Source: Aquifex aeolicus VF5 (lineage in GTDB: Bacteria; Aquificota; Aquificia; Aquificales; Aquificaceae). From it: a DNA stretch of 32,000 nt. A program made the translations under genes and the position numbers. The notes under the pieces were generated by a model that searched no databases, was not told the DNA's origin, and was given only the letters and a program-made list of their open reading frames with translations. The DNA is taken from NCBI RefSeq assembly GCF_000008625.1, contig NC_000918.1, forward strand, positions 750,001 through 782,000. The letters are read 5' to 3'. Positions 1 through 13,594 of this stretch are shown piece by piece. Position 1 is the stretch's first letter. Each line of letters starts with the position of its first letter.

Positions 1-5044
<5,044 letters not shown>

Positions 5045-5046
5045 CC

Positions 5047-6059
5047 TTAAAGCTCTTCAAAGGATTCAGCTATATTTCTGAGCTGGTGCATCGTTGCCCT
5101 TTTTACCAATTTCTTTGCCTGAGTTTCGGGTTCCTTTTCAAGGAGTTCTAAAATCTTTAGTAAAACTTGCGTGTTGTAGGATCTTATGCGTGACCAGACG
5201 TTTATTGCATCCTTTCTTCCTAGGTGTTTCTCCCAGAGTTCCCTAAAGCTCCAGAACGGGCGTCTAGGCATGTTTATAGAACCAACCCACAGGTGGGAAA
5301 TTATTACCTTGTTGCCTCTTACTTTATACTCGGGAATTCTTATCCAGTTTTGATTGCTCTTTACCTTTGCCAGTTGCCTACCCACTACAAGTTGTGTTCC
5401 ATCTGGGAGGTTCATCTGAAGCGCTACCGAGTAGGCAAAGGGGTGGGAAGGAAGGAAGAAATAGGTGTTTAAGAAGGAAAATTCATCTCCTAAGTTGTAA
5501 ATTGCAAAGACTTCTCACCTTTCGTCGGGTTTTGCCCTCACTACTATTGCATCTTCTCGGACATCGTAAGGAACTCCCTTTTTAACGTCGTGGTTGATGA
5601 AATCTATAAACGGCATAAAAACAGCCTTTCCCTTAAAGTTTATAGTTCTTGCCTGAAGGAACATGCGTTTTATATCTTTCCTTTCTTTTTTCCCGAAAAA
5701 GTTTTGTAAAAGTCCGGTTCCGGACAGAATTCTCTTTAACTCCTCTGAAAAGGAGTTAAACTCTTCAACTAATTCCGCCAAGTACCTTATTCTTTTTTCC
5801 GAGAAAATGTAATCCAGATACTCGTTTATTGCCTGTTTTAAATCTTCGTACTTTAGTTCCTCTACCCTGTGGTGTTCGTTCTCAATAACTAAGTTTTCAA
5901 CGTACTGAAGTACGGGAAAGGGGACTTCTATGTAGGCTTCCTTTGCATGTCAAGGGCGTAAGCTCCAACAAACCCGTTTTCGTCTTCTATAAAGGTTATA
6001 TTTTCAAACTTCGCTCCGTACTCCTGCGCTATTTGCATCCACTTTTCTACGTTAAACAT
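5047..6059 (-). pseudogene. SET-domain (Rubisco-LSMT-like) methyltransferase gene broken by one frameshift and one in-frame TGA
   Basis: Three collinear minus-strand pieces. (1) ATG 6059 to TAG 5930..5928: MFNVEKWMQIAQEYGAKFENITFIEDENGFVGAYALDMQRKPT*. (2) The -1 frame is open from 5949: ...KEAYIEVPFPVLQYVEN...ARTINFKGKAVFMPFIDFINHD...VRAKPDER, ending at TGA 5517..5515. (3) The same frame continues directly after the TGA: EVFAIYNLGDEFSFLNTYFFLPSHPF...MNLPDG..., the listed 122-aa ORF. PFIDFINH and (G)EVFAIYNLG...LNTYFF match the SET NH and GEE-x-Y...YGF blocks. Confidence 0.6.
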
Positions 6060-7469
6060 TTATCTCTCCCTAATTATTTTTAACCTGTTTAGATTAAAGG
6101 CTTTTCTTCCTTTAAAGAGTTTTTCCGCTGTTTTGTTGATATCCTCTTCCTTAACCTCCCTTGCCTTTACAATATTTGTCCCCAGTTTTATAAATTCTTC
6201 CCGTGACTTTAGGAACTTTACGGCTTCTTCTTTCGCCTTTGTTTTTCCTTTTTCTGAGGCAAACCAGAGGAGAATAACCTCTAAAGTGTTTAAGTGTACC
6301 GCCGGACCCTTCGTAGCGTTTGATACTAAGTATGTATCTTCCAGATTTTCAAAAGATACTTTAAGTATTTCGTCGTTCGGAGGAGTTAGTTCAAAACTTT
6401 CGGGAAGTTCGTCTTTTGCGTCTTCTAAAAGATCATCGTTCACGCAGAGTATAAACTCTCCTGTGGAAAGAACCCTGTAAAAGGCTTTCCAGGCAGTTTT
6501 TTTGCTTTTCTCATACAGAGGGTGCTCCGAGAGTCTTCTCGGTTCTTCCGAGTTTACAAAGAAAAAGTCGTATACGGGCTCGCTTAAAGAAAGTTTGTGA
6601 CCTCCCGGAAGTAAAACTTCCCGCCTTAAGTTCTTTGGAGATTGTCTGGGGATTAGGAAAAATTTGTCCGCTACGCTTTCTATAGCCTTTTCCTGATCTA
6701 CTTCCGGGAATTTTGCGTATATATCCCTTCTTTGTTTTGTGTCCAGGACAAAGTCAATTACCGCCTCTTTGCAGAGGTTGTTCTTCCCGCACCTTGCGAG
6801 CGTGGCGAGGTGAGAGGGAAAGAGAACTATTTCGGGGTCGTTCATTTCAAGGTTTGCCCTTCCTGCAAAGGAGAGCATACAATCTTTCAGGAGCTCGTGA
6901 ACCTCGTCGTGGGAGAAAATTCTGTAATTCTCGTTCGTTATTTCTCTCTTTACAAAATCATCGTTAAACCTCCTTGCCTTTTCAAGGAAGTAGAGCCTCG
7001 TTTCGTTGTTCCTCGCCCAAAAGTAGGAAGGTCTTGAGAGTATAACTTCAAGGTCAGTTTTCACCTGCTCACTCTCTACCTTCTTTAAAAAGAGTCTTAT
7101 GAACCTTATGAACTCCTCCTTCGGTGTGCTTCCAGGTTTTGAGTCGTATTCAATAAAAAGAACCCCTTTCTCCTTCAGGCTATTTCTTATAGAATTAGAG
7201 AGGCCCTTCCTTTCTTCTTCAAAGGCGTGGGAAAAGGGGATTTCTGAAATGATGAAGTCAAAAGTCTCCTCCGTTTCTTTCTGCGGTTTTAGGAGTTTTA
7301 CCTCCGCATTTAGAAAGAGTTTCTCCAGTACGTAGAAGTTCAGACTTTTCTTTTCGTTAAAGAAGGCCACCCTGAAATTTTGGTTTAAGTCGGGAGGAAC
7401 TATCCCTGCGTTTACGAGGACGCAGGAAAACCCCGGAAGGCTCAAGTAAGGCTTTACCTGTGTAAACAT
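6060..7469 (-). CDS. Methyltransferase-regulatory-domain family protein with a degenerate SAM-binding motif (possible pseudo-methyltransferase)
   Basis: 469-aa ORF. Its TAA (6062..6060) directly abuts the ATG (6059) of the SET-like gene. The block IDFVLDTKQRRDIY and the surrounding region resemble the conserved DFL-x-NR-x-FR-x-TLL block of the predicted methyltransferase regulatory domain. The N-terminal part has FDFIISEIPFSH (post-II-like), but motif I reads VLVNAGIV instead of E/DxGxGxG. Confidence 0.55.
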   Translation of the reverse strand: MFTQVKPYLSLPGFSCVLVNAGIVPPDLNQNFRVAFFNEKKSLNFYVLEKLFLNAEVKLLKPQKETEETFDFIISEIPFSHAFEEERKGLSNSIRNSLKEKGVLFIEYDSKPGSTPKEEFIRFIRLFLKKVESEQVKTDLEVILSRPSYFWARNNETRLYFLEKARRFNDDFVKREITNENYRIFSHDEVHELLKDCMLSFAGRANLEMNDPEIVLFPSHLATLARCGKNNLCKEAVIDFVLDTKQRRDIYAKFPEVDQEKAIESVADKFFLIPRQSPKNLRREVLLPGGHKLSLSEPVYDFFFVNSEEPRRLSEHPLYEKSKKTAWKAFYRVLSTGEFILCVNDDLLEDAKDELPESFELTPPNDEILKVSFENLEDTYLVSNATKGPAVHLNTLEVILLWFASEKGKTKAKEEAVKFLKSREEFIKLGTNIVKAREVKEEDINKTAEKLFKGRKAFNLNRLKIIRER

Positions 7470-7480
7470 AGAAAAAGATT

Positions 7481-9766
7481 TTAACCTACGGTATAGCCGA
7501 CCAGACCCTTAGGAATTACCTTGTCCTGATACTTTTCAATTTCGGGGTCCTCAAGCTTCTTAAATCCCTCCTGCAAGATTTCTATCACGGGCGTTAAATA
7601 CTTCTCATACCTCCTCCACTTTTCCACCGAGGAGCGGTAAATTCCCTTCCTTACCTGCTTTATGCTTGCGGTTTTTACGGGTCTCTTCGTCTTGTAGTAT
7701 TCAAGAACTCGGTCCTCCCAAGGGAGTTCGCAAAATTCTAAAAGCTCCCTTATTACCTCTTCGGGTTCTTCGGTGAGTCTCTGGTAATCAAGTTCGTAAA
7801 TCTGTCCGGGGAATAGTTTGTGCCAGTGTTCCATTATGGCCCTGTGGTCGTTGAGCATGTGTCCAATCCACCTAAGGTCAAAAGCAAAGCCCATAGTCCC
7901 GTGCTTTGCGGCGAAGTTCTGCTGGTAATTAGAAACTGCAACGTCAAGGTCGTTCCTCTTTAGGTGTATTACCTTAGCGTTGGGGAACATTAAAAGTATG
8001 AGTCCCACGTAGTCAAAGTTGTGGGGGAGCTTGTCCACTATGCGAGGGTGCTCGGAGTCAAGTTTTGCTACCCTGTCAAGGTAATACTGAGCGGCGGATT
8101 TCAGTAGCCTTTCGTCAAACTCCAGTATGGCTTCGGGCCACTCCTTGGGTTCTTTACCGACATACTGCAAAGCCTTAGGGATTAGGTTTACTATCTTTGG
8201 AACAAAGGGAAGCTCTCCCGCGGGGTAGACCATTGAGTGGCTTCCCAGAATTTGCTCGGTTAAAGTAGTTCCGGAGCGTGGCATTCCAAGAACGAATATG
8301 GGTCTCTTGGAGGGGTGTCCCCTTCCTTTCAGTCTTTCCACCACTTCAGGAGTGAATACCTCTATCGTCCTCTGTATCATGAACCTGTGCTCTCTCCAGT
8401 CGTAATTGATTTCCTCTTTGACGAGCTCGTTTGCCTTTATTAGAACTTCAAAAGCCTTGTCGTAATCTTTTCTCTTTTCCAAAACCTTGTGGAGAACAAA
8501 TCCGGCGCTCGCTCTCGTTTGCTTCGGAACAGCGGGGGAGTTCAGGAGGGTTTCAAGAACCTGAATTTGCTCATCTGTTGCCTTGTAGTCTTCCATTTCC
8601 ACCTGCTGGATAACAGCAGAGGGGTTTATAGCTACTATCTGAGACTGAATTTCCTTTGCCTCCTCAAGCTCGCCTATGGAAGTGAGAACGTGAACGAGTT
8701 CCTGAAGGACTCCCAGATGTGCGGGGAACCTCTCCTTTGCCTCCCTGAGGAGATCCGCAGCCTCAAGCCCTTTGTTTCTCTCCATTAAGATTTTAGATTT
8801 CAATATGTAGTATTCGGGATAATCTTCCTTGTTTTCTACCTTTTCAAGGTCCTTCTCCGCGGTGTCAAGAAAGCTTGCCTGAATTCTCAGTTCGTTTAAC
8901 CTAAAACGCATCTGCATTAAAAACTCATCTTTGTTAGGTGTTTTTTCCTCGTCAACCCAGGAGGTATCTTCAAGCCACTCCTTTAGCAAAGTGCCTGCCT
9001 GATAAGTTCTTCCCTCCTCCTTTAAAACTTCAATGAGTCCCAACTTTAGCCTCGGGTCGTGTGGGAACTTTTCCGCGCCCTCTTGGAATACCGCCCTTGC
9101 CTCCGCAAGCCTTCCCGCGGTGTAAAGGGTGTTTCCGAGCTTTATGTAAACCTCTTCATTCGGGTTTTTCTCAAGCTCCCTGTAGTACTCCTCAACCAGC
9201 TCGTCTATCCTGTTTAGAGAAAGGAGTATAAGCGTTTTTTTCTCCTCGGCTTCGCGAAAATCGGGCTTTAACCTCAGGGCTCTCTCAAAGAGGTCCAGAG
9301 CCTTCTCCAGTTCTCCCTTGTTTAGGTGCAAAACCCCCAAGTTGTATAGGATTTCCACCTTATTCGGGTTTAAGGAAAGTGCCCTCTCCCAGTAGTGCTG
9401 AGCTTCCTCAAGCTTTCCCTGAGAGTAGTAAAGAGCCCCGAGCCTCGCGTAAAGCGCGTCGTCAACGTCCGAAAACTTCAAAGCTTTTTTTAAAACTCTT
9501 TCTGCGTCTTCTACCCTTCCGAGGAAAAAGTAAAGAAGTCCGAGGTCCGACAAACCTTGGGCGGAGTTCAAAGAGTTTTCACTCACTTGGGAGAGGAGTT
9601 CCTCTGCTTTCTGAGGCTCTCCCGAAAGGAAGTGGTAAATACCGAGGAGGATTTTCCCCTCTTCAGAAGACAAAAGGGTTTGGTAGTTTTCCTTACAGAG
9701 GTTTGAAAAGTCATGCGTGTTTCTGGACTTGAAGAGTTTTCTCAGACGGGAAATTAAAGAACTCAT
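7481..9766 (-). CDS. TPR-repeat protein fused to a PAPS-dependent sulfotransferase domain
   Basis: The N-terminal ~400 aa contain at least six clear 34-aa TPR units, e.g. ALYARLGALYYSQGKLEEAQHYWERALSLNPN and VEILYNLGVLHLNKGELEKALDLFERALRLKPD. The C-terminal domain has the 5'-phosphosulfate loop PIFVLGMPRSGTTLTEQIL (nt ~8264-8310) and the 3'-phosphate motif HLKRNDLDVAVSNY (nt ~7925-7975). Confidence 0.9.
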   Translation of the reverse strand: MSSLISRLRKLFKSRNTHDFSNLCKENYQTLLSSEEGKILLGIYHFLSGEPQKAEELLSQVSENSLNSAQGLSDLGLLYFFLGRVEDAERVLKKALKFSDVDDALYARLGALYYSQGKLEEAQHYWERALSLNPNKVEILYNLGVLHLNKGELEKALDLFERALRLKPDFREAEEKKTLILLSLNRIDELVEEYYRELEKNPNEEVYIKLGNTLYTAGRLAEARAVFQEGAEKFPHDPRLKLGLIEVLKEEGRTYQAGTLLKEWLEDTSWVDEEKTPNKDEFLMQMRFRLNELRIQASFLDTAEKDLEKVENKEDYPEYYILKSKILMERNKGLEAADLLREAKERFPAHLGVLQELVHVLTSIGELEEAKEIQSQIVAINPSAVIQQVEMEDYKATDEQIQVLETLLNSPAVPKQTRASAGFVLHKVLEKRKDYDKAFEVLIKANELVKEEINYDWREHRFMIQRTIEVFTPEVVERLKGRGHPSKRPIFVLGMPRSGTTLTEQILGSHSMVYPAGELPFVPKIVNLIPKALQYVGKEPKEWPEAILEFDERLLKSAAQYYLDRVAKLDSEHPRIVDKLPHNFDYVGLILLMFPNAKVIHLKRNDLDVAVSNYQQNFAAKHGTMGFAFDLRWIGHMLNDHRAIMEHWHKLFPGQIYELDYQRLTEEPEEVIRELLEFCELPWEDRVLEYYKTKRPVKTASIKQVRKGIYRSSVEKWRRYEKYLTPVIEILQEGFKKLEDPEIEKYQDKVIPKGLVGYTVG

Positions 9767-9810
9767 AATAAAAGAAATTTTATAAAGGAAGGGGAAAAAG
9801 GGGAAGGGAG

Positions 9811-11007
9811 TTAGTAAACGAAGATATCTCCGTCATTAAGGCCGTTAGGAGCGGTTATGGTTGCTATCACCTTGGATGCTGAAAGTTTAACTGTGTCAAG
9901 AATAGTATCCCCATCTGCACCATCAGCAACTTTCACACCAAACAGCTTTAATTGTTTATCATCTGTGTCGTAGAAGAAGATTACACCCGTTTTTGCAGCG
10001 TTATTTAGCCCTTTCTTTATAGTAATTGTTCCCCCTTTCGTATATATTTTAATTTGAGCATTAGCAGTATCTATTTCTATATTCTTACCAGTAAGGATTA
10101 AATCTTTACCTCCACTCGTTACTTTCACAGCGGTACCTATAGCTTTATTAATAGAAAAGGATGCAGCAGTCACTTTAGAATTAGAGGCGGTTTTATATCC
10201 TATAACTTTAATTTTTCCTGCACTTATATAACCCGACCCTAAAGAATTTACGTTTCCAAATGCACCTTTAGTAAGGTTTGCTCCTGCTTTGAAATCTATT
10301 GCTATCTTTTCGTCTGTAGTATTGGTATCAAAGTCCGTAATTTTATCTATCGCTGCGAATGGAGCATCTAAACCAAACACATCTGCACCGTTTCCGCCGG
10401 TAAGTGTATCCTGTCCTTTACCACCCGTTATTATATCGTTACCTGCACCACCTGTTAATGTGTCGTTACCTGCACCACCTGCTATTGTATCGTTACCTGC
10501 ACCACCTGCTATTGTGTTGTTACCTGCACCACCCGTTATTGTATCGTTACCTGCACTACCTACTATTTCAAATCCTTCTGTTTGGTTAGAAAGATTTATG
10601 GTTGCCCCATTAGATCCTGTTGCAACAATCTTTTCCACATTCTTTAGATTATTGTCTGATGCAGGAGCATAAGTTACCGCTCCTCCTGTCGTATCTACCT
10701 TAATGGTATCCGTTCCGTCACCGCCGTCTATAATATCGTTATTCGCTTCAATGTTAGTATCAACTATAACGGTATCGTCACCGCTTCCGAGTTTATAGGT
10801 TACATTTGCACCACCACCAACATCATCATCTCCAACAGTTACACTTCCATTAAGCCCTGTAGCATCAAAAGTAAAACCTGCATCTTTAACATCAACCAAA
10901 TAGAGGGAAAGGTAACTTACGTTTCCTCGGACACTCTGAAGGACGAAAGAAGAGGTTACGAGTACTACGAAGGGCACGTTGTTCTCACGGAAAGGGGAAA
11001 GAAACAA
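9811..11007 (-). CDS. RTX (GGxGxD nonapeptide) calcium-binding repeat protein, probable type I secretion substrate; true start uncertain (TTG 10899 is an alternative)
   Basis: Seven consecutive nonapeptides: GSAGNDTIT GGAGNNTIA GGAGNDTIA GGAGNDTLT GGAGNDIIT GGKGQDTLT GGNGADVFG. A post-RTX block follows (IDKITDFDTNTTDEKIAIDF). The extreme C-terminus ...LNDGDIFVY is acidic then hydrophobic, like PrtD/AprD-type secretion signals. The first ~36 codons (11007-10900) are hydrophobic and non-RTX-like and lack an RBS. Confidence 0.85.
   Translation of the reverse strand: MFLSPFRENNVPFVVLVTSSFVLQSVRGNVSYLSLYLVDVKDAGFTFDATGLNGSVTVGDDDVGGGANVTYKLGSGDDTVIVDTNIEANNDIIDGGDGTDTIKVDTTGGAVTYAPASDNNLKNVEKIVATGSNGATINLSNQTEGFEIVGSAGNDTITGGAGNNTIAGGAGNDTIAGGAGNDTLTGGAGNDIITGGKGQDTLTGGNGADVFGLDAPFAAIDKITDFDTNTTDEKIAIDFKAGANLTKGAFGNVNSLGSGYISAGKIKVIGYKTASNSKVTAASFSINKAIGTAVKVTSGGKDLILTGKNIEIDTANAQIKIYTKGGTITIKKGLNNAAKTGVIFFYDTDDKQLKLFGVKVADGADGDTILDTVKLSASKVIATITAPNGLNDGDIFVY
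10372..10560 (-). repeat. Tandem 27-bp coding repeat (about 7 units) encoding the RTX nonapeptides
   Basis: Plus-strand units such as ttacctgcaccacctgctattgtatcg recur head-to-tail with only a few substitutions per unit. The period is 27 nt, in frame with the RTX ORF. Confidence 0.9.
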
Positions 11008-11151
11008 TTGAGGGAGTACGGTTTTGAGCTGGTTTCGGGTATGCCGGCGGTTGCCTTCATAAAAGTTGAAAAAGTCTCACCCCTTGAGTACGTCCTACAG
11101 CCGGTGATATTGATTATGAAGTCTGCCTTCAAATCAAACTGAGGTTGAAAA

Positions 11152-12429
11152 ATGAAAAAGCTTATCTTCGGAGTACTCCTGTTTTCTTTTTCCTTTTCAT
11201 TTGACCTGGAAAAGATTGTAAAGGAAGCGGAAAGGAATAATCCGAGACTGAACTACTACTTCCACAGGATAAAGTCAAAGGACTTTTACCTTGAACAAAT
11301 TCTCTCAAAGTACAAGCCCAGGCTTTCCGCTAGTGTTTACTACGGTTATCAGGAGTTTAAGCCGTACCTCGGAGAAAAGAAAAAGGCTACACTCAAGTAC
11401 TTTTACACCGCCCTTGAACAACCAATCTTTTACCCGGAAGTGTTGCAGGAGTACAGACAGGGAAAAATTGAGAAGGAAGTAGAGAGACTCTACCTTGAAA
11501 AGTACCTTCAGGACTTCAGGTATGAACTCCTCAGGCAGTTATTAACTTATTCATACCTCAAAACTAAAGAAAGATTATACAAAAAAGTCATAAAGGACAG
11601 AAAGAAGATTATAAAAATCCTTGAAAAACTCCTGAAAAAGCGAATATCCACTGAGGTGGAGCTACTGGTTGAGAAAAAGAAGTTAGAAATGGATGTGTCT
11701 GAGTACGAAAAATCAAAAGAGGAAAAGAAAAGGGTGGGGAAAGTTTTAAGGTTTTATCTCCCTGAGGAAGAAATGGAAAAAATCCCTTCGCTTAACTTTC
11801 CTTTAGAATACTCGGTCTATGCGAATTTACTTAAGGAACTGAGCAAAAAAAGTGTTGAGAACGTTGATATTAAGATCGCCCAGAAGCAGTACGAGAATGC
11901 AAGGTACGAAGTGAAAAAGAGGAAGTTTGAAAGGTGGCCAAAACTTTCGCTTCAGCTCAGCTACCTGTACTCTTCAACTACCGCAGTAGCTACGGTATCG
12001 AGGGACAAGAGGGCGGCACTTATCTTAAACGTTCCCATTTACAGTGGAGGATATTACAAGGCACGTGTAGCGGAAGCCCTTGAACTGGAGAAGGCTTCCC
12101 TTTACTTCCTAAAGTCCGTTGAGAAGGAGGTAAAGGTAAGCTACGAGGAAGGTTTGAAGAATCTGGAAAAATCTTCTGAGGATATCAAAAGTTATTTAAA
12201 GTTACTCAGAGCGGAAAGGGAGTTACTGGAAATGTACAGGGTTCTTTTCGAGAAGAGGGTAAAGAGTGAACGGGACGTTCTAAATCAGGAAATCTCATTC
12301 CTATACAGAGAGGTTGAGTATTTAGAAAAGGTGTACGAGTTCTTGATCTACTACCTAGATACGCTCCACACCTTATCTCAAATAAAACCCGAGGAGATAA
12401 AAACCCTTAAGGAATTTTTCGGTAATTGA
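11152..12429 (+). CDS. TolC-family outer-membrane efflux/secretion protein
   Basis: Signal peptide MKKLIFGVLLFSFSFS. Two-fold repeated coiled-coil/beta layout typical of OEP proteins (...RLSASVYYGYQEF... and ...KLSLQLSYLYSSTT...NVPIYSGGYYKARV...). Shine-Dalgarno GAGGT lies 7 nt upstream of the ATG. The gene is divergent from the RTX gene. Confidence 0.8.
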   Translation: MKKLIFGVLLFSFSFSFDLEKIVKEAERNNPRLNYYFHRIKSKDFYLEQILSKYKPRLSASVYYGYQEFKPYLGEKKKATLKYFYTALEQPIFYPEVLQEYRQGKIEKEVERLYLEKYLQDFRYELLRQLLTYSYLKTKERLYKKVIKDRKKIIKILEKLLKKRISTEVELLVEKKKLEMDVSEYEKSKEEKKRVGKVLRFYLPEEEMEKIPSLNFPLEYSVYANLLKELSKKSVENVDIKIAQKQYENARYEVKKRKFERWPKLSLQLSYLYSSTTAVATVSRDKRAALILNVPIYSGGYYKARVAEALELEKASLYFLKSVEKEVKVSYEEGLKNLEKSSEDIKSYLKLLRAERELLEMYRVLFEKRVKSERDVLNQEISFLYREVEYLEKVYEFLIYYLDTLHTLSQIKPEEIKTLKEFFGN

Positions 12430-13594
12430 ACTCAGTAGGGAGGTAGCACACTCCCACGAACTGTTCCTTTTTAAAGCCGTTTACTTCAAAGTTGCATACG
12501 TTGTCAATCCAGTGGTAACACTCCTGGGCATGATCCATGCCTTTGTGGAGTGCCACGGTCAGGGTATACTTTCCTGGAGCAAGGTTCAAGGGCATTTTAA
12601 AGGTAAAAAGGTATTTGCCCTTTTTTAACTCAACTTTCTTTTCCATTAAGTAGGTGTTGATACCGAATATGTCTTGTCCGAAGCGATCCCTTATGAGTAT
12701 GCCTGCCACAACGTCCTGTAAATCTTCTTTTGCCTCCACATCCAGTTCAATAAAAAGCGTATCTCCGCTTGGGAAGTTGTTCGTGTATCCGTGTTCGCTT
12801 TTTAGCCTCACTTCTTTTATGACAGCTTTGAAGTTTCCGTAACCGTTTTGTAAAAAAGTTATACCTTCTTTGTTTTCAAGTGAAGCCATAAGTTTATAAT
12901 AGGCTTGCGTTACCGTTTCAGGGCTCCCCTCCTCAATTATTTCGCCTTTATGAAGCAAAATAGCCCTGTCGCATAGAATTTTTACAGCATTCATGTCGTG
13001 GGAAACGAAGATTATGGATCCTCCCTTTTGTTTGTGTTCTTTTAGTTTTCTGAAACACTTCTGTTGAAAGTGAGCATCGCCAACCGCAAGGGCTTCGTCT
13101 ATTATGAAGCATTCGGGTTCTGTATGAATAGCAATTGAAAAAGCGAGCCTCATTATCATTCCCGAAGAGTACGTTTTAAGTGGCTTGTTAATGAAGTCAT
13201 CAAGTTCGGAAAATTCTATTATACTCTCCAGTTTCTCGTCTATTTCTCTTCTGGAAAGACCAAGAAGGCTTGCGTTTACGTATATATTTTCCAGTCCTGA
13301 GAGTTCGTAATTAAAGCCAGTTCCTAGTTCGAGAAGCCCTACTACCTTTCCGGATCTTTCTACGAAACCCTTATCTGGTTCCGTTACTCCAGTTATTACT
13401 TTAAGTAGTGTTGATTTTCCTGCACCGTTTGGACCTACTATTCCGAGAACCTCTCCCTTTTCAATCTCAAGGTTAATCCCCTTAAGAACCCATAACTCTT
13501 CGTGAAAGGGTTTCCTGAAGATAATTTCCTTTAACCTGTCCTGAGGCTTTTTGTAGTACTTGTACTTCTTCCATACATCAAATACCCTTATCAT
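12407..13594 (-). CDS. wzt: O-polysaccharide ABC exporter ATP-binding protein Wzt with a C-terminal carbohydrate-binding domain
   Basis: Walker A GPNGAGKST, signature YSSGM, Walker B FIIDEALAVGD, H-loop VSHD. Residues ~250-395 (...FKAVIKEVRLKSEHG...YTLTVALHKG...NFEVNG...) form an extra beta-rich domain like Wzt_C. ATG 13594 overlaps the wzm TGA (TGATG); the listed GTG 13597 is one codon upstream. Confidence 0.92.
   Translation of the reverse strand: MIRVFDVWKKYKYYKKPQDRLKEIIFRKPFHEELWVLKGINLEIEKGEVLGIVGPNGAGKSTLLKVITGVTEPDKGFVERSGKVVGLLELGTGFNYELSGLENIYVNASLLGLSRREIDEKLESIIEFSELDDFINKPLKTYSSGMIMRLAFSIAIHTEPECFIIDEALAVGDAHFQQKCFRKLKEHKQKGGSIIFVSHDMNAVKILCDRAILLHKGEIIEEGSPETVTQAYYKLMASLENKEGITFLQNGYGNFKAVIKEVRLKSEHGYTNNFPSGDTLFIELDVEAKEDLQDVVAGILIRDRFGQDIFGINTYLMEKKVELKKGKYLFTFKMPLNLAPGKYTLTVALHKGMDHAQECYHWIDNVCNFEVNGFKKEQFVGVCYLPTEFNYRKIP

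Noticed and set aside
5515-5517. In-frame TGA as a selenocysteine codon
   Set aside because: The position corresponds to the Gly of the SET GEE block, not a redox Cys. I see only a weak imperfect hairpin downstream, nothing like a bacterial SECIS. The gene also carries a frameshift.
5931-5949. Programmed ribosomal frameshift in the SET-like gene
   Set aside because: There is no slippery heptamer (sequence GACATGCAAAGGAAGCC) and no obvious downstream stimulatory structure. A simple indel or sequencing error is more parsimonious.
10372-10560. Possible CRISPR array because of short regular repeats
   Set aside because: The units are contiguous with a 27-nt period and no spacers. They are in frame and encode canonical RTX nonapeptides.
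10289-10672. Plus-strand ORFs (127 aa and 61 aa) with PAPP / LHHLL repeats
   Set aside because: They are antisense or out-of-frame readings of the 27-bp RTX repeat. The periodicity comes from the GGxGxD array on the minus strand.
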